A stretch of DNA of 54,689 bases from positions 1-54,689 of the forward strand of contig JBBIKH010000005.1 of assembly GCA_037445575.1 (NCBI GenBank), given 5' to 3'. Positions 26,816-34,389 of the stretch are shown piece by piece. The notes under the pieces are model-generated. The model was not told the origin of the DNA. It searched no databases and saw only the letters and a list, made by a program, of their open reading frames with translations. Position 1 is the stretch's first letter, and each line of letters opens with the position of its first letter. The position numbers and the translations under genes were made by a program. Source of the DNA: a bacterium (GTDB taxonomy: Bacteria; Zhuqueibacterota; Zhuqueibacteria; JANLFK01; Oleimicrobiaceae).

Positions 26816-27964
26816 TTAGCCTGGCATGATGAGCACATTCCGTCCTTCGCAGCGAGCCGCGATAGGTGGGACTGGCAGCCCGAGCAGTTGAGAGACAGGC
26901 ACGAATCTCAGCCCTTGTTCCTGCAGTCGGGGCACCTCACGGCGCACGAGCTCGTAGGTAGTGCGCCGCATATGGCCTATGCCTACCGCCTTCCCCTTGC
27001 GCTTTGCCACCTGCGCCAGTAGTGACAGCTGCCTATGCACCTTCGCCGTATCGGGCTCCACATCAAGAAACGTGGCATTGGCAACGCATGGCACCTGCAT
27101 GCGCTCCGCTACCTCCAGCGCTATGCTCTGGCTATTGGTTCGACTATCGACAAAGTATAGACCGCGACTTTTCAGTTCCTGCATGAGGACGGTCATGACC
27201 TGCACATCGGCAGTGGCGCGCGAGCCCTGGTGGTTGTTCATGCCGACGGCACCCGGCACACAGGCAAGGGCCCGAGCGACGCGCTCACGAATCTCCTTCT
27301 CGCTGAGCGTGACCAGTAGCGTGAAGCCTCGGTCCTCCACCGGTTCGTGGAGCGGCTCCATGGGCATGTGCACCATGACCTCCTTGCCGGCTGCCGCCGC
27401 CTGCTCAGCGATCACACCGGAAAAAGGAAGCCCCGGGATAACCGACACGGTGACTGCCCAAGGGAGCTCCAGGAAGCCCTTGGCCAACTCGCCGGCAGAA
27501 TAGCCAAAGTCATCAATCACCAGGGCGACCAAGGGCCCTTCATCTTCGCTTGGTTGGGCCTGCACCAGCTTAACGCGAAGGAGATCCCGGTCTCCCATCC
27601 GCAGGACCAATCGCGACCATCCCTTGCCGGAGGCTTGTTCTGCAAGCCCGGCGCCCAACTGTTGCGCGCGGCGCAGCATCTCCGCGGAGACCACCGCCGG
27701 CGACTTGTCCCCTGGCAGCGGGATAACCAGCCACCCGCCCTCTTCCCTGACTTCCTGCTGGTCCGCTCCATACTGCACGGCCACCTTCTGCAGCGCGCTG
27801 CGCACTACCTCTGTTGTGGGCTTGGCGGGCTGGGGACGCCCACCAGGGTAACGGTGTCTGGCGTACGCCAGAAGCAGTACCAACACCATCGCGCCGACAA
27901 GGAGCAGATACTTTCCCCTGCGCCGCCGCGCAACTGACTGCCTATGGGCACGTCGTCTCCGCAT
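26816..27964 (-). CDS. divergent polysaccharide deacetylase-family protein (YibQ-like) with N-terminal membrane anchor
   Basis: Arg-rich N-terminus plus TM (YLLLVGAMVLVLLLAYA). VALVIDDFGY, HMPMEP and MNNHQGSRATAD motifs of the YibQ family. Confidence 0.8.
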   Translation of the reverse strand: MRRRRAHRQSVARRRRGKYLLLVGAMVLVLLLAYARHRYPGGRPQPAKPTTEVVRSALQKVAVQYGADQQEVREEGGWLVIPLPGDKSPAVVSAEMLRRAQQLGAGLAEQASGKGWSRLVLRMGDRDLLRVKLVQAQPSEDEGPLVALVIDDFGYSAGELAKGFLELPWAVTVSVIPGLPFSGVIAEQAAAAGKEVMVHMPMEPLHEPVEDRGFTLLVTLSEKEIRERVARALACVPGAVGMNNHQGSRATADVQVMTVLMQELKSRGLYFVDSRTNSQSIALEVAERMQVPCVANATFLDVEPDTAKVHRQLSLLAQVAKRKGKAVGIGHMRRTTYELVRREVPRLQEQGLRFVPVSQLLGLPVPPIAARCEGRNVLIMPG

Positions 27965-27987
27965 ACCTTGCCTCTAAGGGCCGCCGC

Positions 27988-28602
27988 CTACTTGCCGAAC
28001 ACCGCCTTGAAGGTGCTCCACGAAGGCCCTTGCCCGGTGCCAGTGTCATACCACTGCCAGATGTACCAATAGCCGCTCTGCGGGTCCAGGCGAAGGTGGA
28101 ATTCCGCCTGACCCCGCGCCTGACGCGGGTAGGAGGGATCGCGCAGGGTGTGATGCATCGTCAATATATAATCCTCCACCACCACGGCCGAATCGGGAAA
28201 AGAGCTCTCCGAGACCAGAGTAAGCTCTAACTTGTGCAGCGAATCGTCTGGAACCACGGCGAAGAGTTGGCGGAGGTAGTTTTCCTCGCTGGCGAGCCCC
28301 CAGCGGTCAAAGAATCCCAGGTTGAGGGAGGCAACGCTCCGGTCGGGAACAAAGGAGAAAGGGGGGCGGCCCGAAGCGCCGTCACTGAGGCAGCGCAGGT
28401 AGTTGTCTACGCTCTTGCCCCCAAGGGCGTTACGCATGTTGGCAAGCACCAAGGAGGCGGAGGTGGGAGGTATCCACGGCGTCCTCCCGCCCGTAGGCGG
28501 CTCTGCCTCGCGAGTAGCAAAGGGGCTCTTGCACTGCCCTGCAACTACCAGGACCACGAGCGCCGACAGTCTCAGGCTGTGCCAGCATGTCTTGTGTGCC
28601 AC
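27988..28602 (-). CDS. hypothetical anchored/secreted protein, paralogous in layout to 10696-11358
   Basis: GTG 28602 gives the N-terminus VAHKTCWHSLRLSALVVLVVAGQCKSPF. The ORF-track ATG at 28755 lies inside the predicted -35 element and is therefore unlikely. The C-terminus ...GYWYIWQWYDTG is NTF2-like (inference). Confidence 0.5.
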   Translation of the reverse strand: MAHKTCWHSLRLSALVVLVVAGQCKSPFATREAEPPTGGRTPWIPPTSASLVLANMRNALGGKSVDNYLRCLSDGASGRPPFSFVPDRSVASLNLGFFDRWGLASEENYLRQLFAVVPDDSLHKLELTLVSESSFPDSAVVVEDYILTMHHTLRDPSYPRQARGQAEFHLRLDPQSGYWYIWQWYDTGTGQGPSWSTFKAVFGK

Positions 28603-28726
28603 CGCCCGATCACCACTCCAGCTGTTGCGCGTGCAACCTGGGCCATTGCCTGTCCGGACCTCACCAGCCGTACCGGCGGAGCTTGCCGTCACCGTTGCTT
28701 GGGGTTCCGCCACCAGGACTGTGGCG

Positions 28727-28755
28727 AATATAGGAGAATTCACCCTCTTTTGCAA
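28727..28755 (-). promoter_or_regulatory. sigma70 promoter (TTGCAA-N17-TATATT) for the 28602-to-23426 operon
   Basis: Minus strand reads cggcTTGCAAaagagggtgaattctccTATATTcgccac. Confidence 0.5.
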
Positions 28756-29048
28756 GCCGAAATTGGCGGGAGGCTGGAGAGGTCAGGCAAAACCTTACCA
28801 GTTGTCTCCCCCAATTCCGCCCAGGCGGGATTGCGAGCGTTCGATTCGAGGATTTTTGCCCATGAGGCATCCGGTGGCTGTCCCTCGGGCAAACGTTCGT
28901 TTCGCTTGATCAATTGACCCAGAACTACCTCCTTGAGGCACAAGCCCACGGGGCAGCCAACGACCGACCAGCCCCGGTAGGAGCGCGGCCAACCATTATC
29001 TCAGCCCGGCACGCAACACGGTCCCTTTCTCGCCCAGCCACGACTGCT

Positions 29049-29310
29049 CCATTTCTCTGACAGCCCGATCGCTTCTTTTGCGCTCGGGCCACCGCCAGCT
29101 CGTCGCGCGAACCCTGCGAAGACCGTCCCCTCCAGACACTCCTCGACCGTAAGCGCAAGAACCTCACCCCCTACCAGTTCCAAAGACCGCCATGCCCGAG
29201 GCACCTTGCTCGCTTCTGTTCTCAGCTCCAGTCATCCTCGACCACATTCCCATGAGTCACACTCCTCGAACAAATCGCCGCCGCTCTGCCCGGAAGGGTT
29301 CTGCCCGACC
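29049..29310. repeat. left copy of a diverged ~260-nt direct repeat bracketing the low-GC insert
   Basis: Colinear with 36875-37130 through shared blocks catttctc, ggccaccgccag, agcgcaag, cgccatgccc, cttgctc, tcgaccacattccc, ctcctc and cggaa. Identity is roughly 65-70% by eye, with a few short indels. Confidence 0.6.
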
Positions 29311-29468
29311 AAATCTCTCTTCTGGCACAGGGCGCGGTAGCATTGGCGTCCTTTCCCTGAGCGCCACAATGCGCTGCTCCACTCGCATGGCCACTCCCTG
29401 AAGACCCTCACGCGAGGGAGGGGGATACGATCTTTGTTCCATGTTCCAGGATTCCTTAACAATTTTTC

Positions 29469-29497
29469 TTGACTTTCAGATTCTGCTTTCTTACTTT
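29469..29497 (+). promoter_or_regulatory. candidate promoter of the sensor kinase (TTGACT-N17-TACTTT) exactly at the GC drop
   Basis: ttcTTGACTttcagattctgctttctTACTTTacg. The -10 element is weak. Confidence 0.25.
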
Positions 29498-29646
29498 ACG
29501 GGCAGTTCTAATGAGAGGGAGCTGCCGGACGTAGCCTATCTGTTTGGAAATTGGGATAGCAGGCGCTTGACAGAGGATGCACGTCCTCGATTTGTTGATC
29601 CCTGATGGCGCCGAGCGAATCAAGCATAACAGGAACGGCCGCTACG

Positions 29647-32154
29647 ATGAAAGTGCCGCTAATCGTGGTTTTGATCCTCCTTTTCTTTCCCACCATCCAG
29701 TTCTGTCATGCCGCTGACCCAACTAGGAATTATGAATTCCTTCCCATCTGGCAAAGGTCAGCGTTATCTTTGGTTCCTATGGACGTAAATGCGCAAACGC
29801 CTGGCGAGGAACTCATAGTAGTCTACCCCAATCAGGTAGACGTTTTGACGAGCACTTCACTGACTCACCAAAAAAGCTTCATTGTCCCGGCCGATAAACC
29901 TTATAGCATCACGCCATTACCCGGTGAGTCACCGGATTCACTCCGACTGCTGTTCGGCTATGAAACGCCGACCGCGTCTGTTTTTAACCTATACCTTTAT
30001 GACGGCAGGGACGTTGTGCTCGCCAAAGAGAAGTGTCTCTTTTTCAGCGGACAGGATCGCGATCTAGATGGAAGATTCCATCAAACAATCGTTCCCGTTG
30101 GGCTCATTAATGGTCGAAACAACAAGAGGAATGTGCTGCTACTGGTCGATAGCGGCGGAGATGCGGGGGCTCGCGGCTTGCTTGCTATAGATCCCTCAAC
30201 GGGCAAAGAGGTCTGGCGCTACTTGGCAGGACCCCAGATTCGCCATCAAATGATTGTTGACCTAGAAAATGACGGATTGGAAGAAATTGTGCTTGGCAGC
30301 TATGCGCCCAAGAATGAGCTTAAGCTCAATGGCACCAGTGACGATAGCTGCTATGTTTTTGTGCTTGACAATCTGGGCAATGAACGCTGGCGTAAGACAA
30401 TCGGTCCTTTTTGGACCGGAGCATTTCCCATCGTCGGAGACTTGAATGGCGATGGAAAAAAGGAGTTGGTGGTCCATCGTTTTGGCACCAATCAATACTT
30501 TGCCGATTATGACGAGTTGATCCAATTAGACATTCGCACTGGCGAGCCGATCCATCGTCAAAAACTTGGTAGTCATTTCCTGGCAGCCTCCACTGCTGTG
30601 CTGACGGGAATCTGCCATGATTTTGACCTCGATGGCATTGACGAGTTCGTCATTGGCAGCACGGACGGGTTCGTGAGGATGTATCGAGGGGATTTGTCTG
30701 TGATGTGTTCGTCAGAACCCTATCGCCGACCGATCGCAGTTCATTCCGTGGCAGATATGGATGGGGATGGGCTTCTAGAAGTCATAGCATTGACAGCAGA
30801 CAGAAAGATTGTCTTCTTCAATCACCAACTGAAGCAGTTATTGATTGCACCGTTTCTGACTAATCTAGAGGATTTCTACCTGGTTAAACTTCCTCACAAA
30901 CGGCGGCTGCTGTCTTCAAACGGGCTTGCCGGTACTACGACAGATTATCAACTGTTCGACTTCCACGTCGTTGGTTTAGCTGGTGCAATCAAGAAACGAG
31001 GACAAAATTACTTGGTCATCATCTTGTCCCTTGCTGGCTTGACCGTGGCGTTGGTTGCTTTGCGAAATCATTTGTATGGCAAACGGGCTTGGCAGTTGTT
31101 GTTCCAAATACTTGAGCAAACCCATTCTTTGGATAGAACGCTGATTCTGGATCGCCATCAAAGAATTAGCCATTGGGGTAAGGACTGGGCAAGTCTGCCG
31201 CAAATTCCACCCCATCTGGCAAAAGGCAAGAAACTCCAGCAGGTCTTCGGCAACAGCCATGTTCGTCCTGTTGGCGAAGCACTGGAAAAGATGCTCACTG
31301 AAGAATTAACGAATTATCAGTGTCTCTGCCCAATCGATACCACCAGCCATGTGCCACTCCAATTCAAGGCATTGTACATTTCCTGGATCAAAGCCTGCTG
31401 CGTCATGATTTTCGACCTGCGCGAAGAGGAGCACATCCGTCAGCTCAAACACTGGGCCCAGGTTGCCCAGCGATTGGCGCATGGCATCAAGAATCCGCTG
31501 ACTACCATTAAGCTCAACGCCGAGGAGTTGCTTCACAAAGTCAGAAGCACCGATCAGATTCAGGCACAAGATGTGGAAGAATATGTCACGCCGATTATCA
31601 CCCAGATCGACAAACTGAAAAAAATGAGCGATGGTTTTATGCGGTTTGTCGAGTTCGAGCAGCCGGATTTGAAACCCTGCGACTTGAATCGTGAATGCAG
31701 GGAATTGATCCCTCAATGGCAGCCGGAAAAAAGCGGCAAAATTCAGATTGACTGGGAACTAGAACAAGACCTGCCTCCTGCTATGATCGATCTGCGGCAA
31801 TTTGAATACGCGGTCAAAAATGTTTTCTATAACGCCCTCGAAAGCATCCGTGACGAGGGCAGAATCTTGATCGCAACACGCAGCGTCCAGTTGTTTACAC
31901 AGAATGCCAATGGCGGGGGGATGTCGAGTTTTGTTGAGCTGGAAATTCGGGATACCGGCTGCGGAATTCCGCCAGAATATCTCGATCGGGTTAAGCAGCC
32001 CTATTTTTCGCTCAACAAACCCGAGGGCACCGGACTGGGGCTGAGCATCGTCCAGAAAATTATGGACTCCCACGGCGGACAATTTGATATCCAGAGCGAG
32101 GTGGGCCTGGGCACCTGGGTGATTCTGCGGTTCAAACAGGCGAGTACCAGCTAG
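29647..32154 (+). CDS. sensor histidine kinase with N-terminal periplasmic FG-GAP/VCBS-repeat beta-propeller domain
   Basis: Signal peptide MKVPLIVVLILLFFPTIQFCHA (ATG 29647; an upstream ATG at 29605 is possible). FG-GAP-like repeats DLENDGLEEIVLGS, DLNGDGKKELVV, DFDLDGIDEFVIGS, DMDGDGLLEVIAL. TM segment NYLVIILSLAGLTVALVAL and a PAS-like linker. H-box AHGIKNPLTTI, N-box and G-boxes DTGCGIP / GTGLGLSIV. Confidence 0.85.
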   Translation: MKVPLIVVLILLFFPTIQFCHAADPTRNYEFLPIWQRSALSLVPMDVNAQTPGEELIVVYPNQVDVLTSTSLTHQKSFIVPADKPYSITPLPGESPDSLRLLFGYETPTASVFNLYLYDGRDVVLAKEKCLFFSGQDRDLDGRFHQTIVPVGLINGRNNKRNVLLLVDSGGDAGARGLLAIDPSTGKEVWRYLAGPQIRHQMIVDLENDGLEEIVLGSYAPKNELKLNGTSDDSCYVFVLDNLGNERWRKTIGPFWTGAFPIVGDLNGDGKKELVVHRFGTNQYFADYDELIQLDIRTGEPIHRQKLGSHFLAASTAVLTGICHDFDLDGIDEFVIGSTDGFVRMYRGDLSVMCSSEPYRRPIAVHSVADMDGDGLLEVIALTADRKIVFFNHQLKQLLIAPFLTNLEDFYLVKLPHKRRLLSSNGLAGTTTDYQLFDFHVVGLAGAIKKRGQNYLVIILSLAGLTVALVALRNHLYGKRAWQLLFQILEQTHSLDRTLILDRHQRISHWGKDWASLPQIPPHLAKGKKLQQVFGNSHVRPVGEALEKMLTEELTNYQCLCPIDTTSHVPLQFKALYISWIKACCVMIFDLREEEHIRQLKHWAQVAQRLAHGIKNPLTTIKLNAEELLHKVRSTDQIQAQDVEEYVTPIITQIDKLKKMSDGFMRFVEFEQPDLKPCDLNRECRELIPQWQPEKSGKIQIDWELEQDLPPAMIDLRQFEYAVKNVFYNALESIRDEGRILIATRSVQLFTQNANGGGMSSFVELEIRDTGCGIPPEYLDRVKQPYFSLNKPEGTGLGLSIVQKIMDSHGGQFDIQSEVGLGTWVILRFKQASTS

Positions 32155-32333
32155 CCGCGGAATCTGTGGCACACGGATTGCAAATGCCGTTTTGTCGTGA
32201 TATGAACACGGCAGTTTGTTGTGCTGTTTATTCCACGCCAATGCTCTTGATAGGCGTTTCAACGACCTGGCCGTACCTCGAGACGCATCCAAACATGACT
32301 TACGGTGAATGAGCATAGACACGGGAAAGGCTA

Positions 32334-33695
32334 ATGTGCCCCAAATGTAACATCCTGATCACAGATGATGATGTTACCATCTGTCAAATTCTAAGGCGAA
32401 TCTTGGAAAGCGAAAACTATTAGATCAAAGAAGCTTACTCCGGCAATGAGGCGCTTTCGTTGTTTTCAGAAAATGAGTTCGACCTAGTGCTGCTGGATCT
32501 ACAACTCCCAGACAAAAACGGGATCGATGTTGCCCGGGAGATGATTGCCCAAAACCCGCTTGTCCCGATTGTGCTCATGTCTGCGTATGGAACTATTCCC
32601 AGGGCTGTTGAAGCGACGAGAATGGGCGTATATGATTTTTTGGAGAAGCCGCTGGACCGGGATCGCATTCTGGTCACGGTGCGCAATGCCCTAGTCCATG
32701 GTCAATTGCAACAGGAATTGATCCATTATAGACAGGACTCGTTAGCCCGCTATCAAATGGTCGGGCAATCGCCGGAAATCCAGCGGGTCTTTTCCCTCAT
32801 CGAAAAAATCGCGCCCACCAACTCGCCGGTGCTCATCCTTGGTGAAAACGGCGTCGGCAAGGAATTGGTCGCTCAGGCGATTCACAACCGCAGTCCCAGG
32901 GCGAATAAGCCACTGGTCAGCATCGATTGCGCCGCCATTCCGGATAATCTGCTGGAAAGCGAACTCTTTGGCCACACCAAGGGCGCATTTACCGGCGCAA
33001 GCATAGCAAAAAAGGGCCGCTTCGAGATGGCCGACGGTGGCACCCTGTTTCTCGATGAGGTGGGCGACATGAGTTTGTCAGCCCAGGCAAAGCTCCTGCG
33101 ATTCTTGGAGCGCGGCGAAATCCAGCGGGTCGGTTCATCCCAGGTCACCTCGGTCGATGTGCGGATTATCGCTGCCTCCAATAAGGACTTGAAGCAGATG
33201 GTCGCTGATAAGGCCTTCAGGGAAGACCTTTATTTTCGGTTAGAGATTTTCACCATCACCGTGCCTCCACTGCGGGAACGCCGCTCCGACATCCCGTTGC
33301 TCCTCGATTTCTTCCTTTCCTATTATGCCGAAAAAAATGCCACTGTCAAGCCCATCCTGACGCCGGCCGCCATCAAATATCTTTCGGGACTTGACTGGCC
33401 AGGCAACATCCGCCAGATGCGCAATTTTGTCGAACGTTTAATGATCATGAAACAAGGAGACCTGATCGATCTCAACGAAGTCGTCCCTCTGCTTGAAGCC
33501 AAAGAACCATCATCCCCCATTTCACCCAGCGAATCCAAACCTCTGCAGCAAGCTCGGGAAGATTTCGAGCGCGCGTACATTCTCAAAGTCCTCGAAGAAA
33601 ACGACTGGAAGGTCGCCAAAGCCGCAGAGGTGCTTCACATCGACCGGGCGAATTTGTATCGGAAGTTAAGGGGGTTGGGGATAACTGCGCAGTGA
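32334..33695 (+). pseudogene. sigma54-dependent (NtrC-family) response regulator interrupted by an in-frame TAG at 32421-32423
   Basis: ATG 32334 gives MCPKCNILITDDDVTICQILRRILESENY*IKEAYSGNEALSLFSENEFDLVLLDLQLPD... This is a receiver domain, followed by an AAA+ sigma54-interaction domain (GENGVGKE, GAFTGA, ESELFGH-type motifs) and a C-terminal Fis-type HTH. The ORF-track entry (32460) is the post-stop remainder. Confidence 0.8.
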
Positions 33696-34103
33696 AAATT
33701 CGTCGTATTCCTCTCAAAAGATAGAACCAGAAAGATTTTCATTTGAAAGCGCCGCTAATTGATTTTTTGTGTCAAATTCGCCACAAAAGTTGTGGTAGTT
33801 TTGCAGCAACATAACAAGCTATTTTTTATTAGGAATCATTTTTTATAAAATTGCAGTGTGTCGAATTCAGAATATGCAATGGGATTGCTATTGATACATT
33901 GTTTTTTGTTGCTGATTTAACATTTTATTTTTATGTGTTGATAATAATTTTTTGCAATTATTAAGATATTGGCATAAATATTGAGGGAGAAAAAAACGAG
34001 AAAAGAAAGAAACAATCGATTAAAAAAGATACCCTTTTTAAATTATATTGAGTATAATCGCTTTTGTTTGATTTATTCACTATAAGAATTTTGAAACATG
34101 CGA

Positions 34104-34144
34104 ATTCCATCGATCCGAGCGATGGAATGGGGCAAAATTTTAGC
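34104..34144 (+). promoter_or_regulatory. 9-bp perfect inverted repeat followed by a sigma54-like -24/-12 element (GG-N10-GC)
   Basis: ATTCCATCG-atccgag-CGATGGAAT at 34104-34128, then tgGGGCAaaattttAGCc with GG at 34131-34132 and GC at 34143-34144. The consensus is TGGCAC-N5-TTGC. It lies about 245 nt upstream of the cargo ATG. Confidence 0.3.
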
Positions 34145-34389
34145 CTGTAATGGGTACGTAGATGATCACTCGCTTTTAATAACAATAAATTATCAAAATA
34201 AAAATCAAATGTTAATTATATATTTAAATAATGTAAAGTATTTTCTAGGATAATAATGGATAATTTATTATTACATTTAATTGTATGTATACAGATTATT
34301 GTGATAAAATTCCCAAGAATGCTAATAACATTAAACAGTATTTCAGCTGATAACCAAAATTAAATTATTGTGATGAAGGAGATGAGAAA

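Noticed and set aside
29001-29462. Reading the flanking repeats as decayed protein-coding remnants, for example a short Phd/YefM-like antitoxin (MPRLGVAGQELSAVRGVVLLEELAWAQGNVVDDHGG on the minus strand of the right copy).
   Set aside because: The similarity to antitoxins is only a loose pattern. The two copies differ by indels that are not multiples of three, so no reading frame is preserved between them. Both contain stops in every frame.
31759-32322. 187-aa minus-strand ORF bridging the kinase 3' end and the kinase-regulator spacer.
   Set aside because: It is antisense to the well-supported HATPase_c domain and has no motifs. A weak hairpin (32185-32213) in the spacer is more likely the only feature there.
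32152-32423. Possibility that TAG is recoded (stop-codon reassignment) in the island, making the response regulator intact.
   Set aside because: The kinase gene immediately upstream ends with TAG (32152-32154) at the expected C-terminus of the ATPase domain. Only one internal TAG is seen in the island. A simple nonsense mutation or a sequencing error is more parsimonious.
33961-34185. 74-aa minus-strand ORF in the AT-rich spacer.
   Set aside because: The translation is low-complexity Phe/Ile/Lys/Ser-rich sequence typical of AT-rich non-coding DNA. It has no RBS and runs across the palindrome and sigma54-like element.
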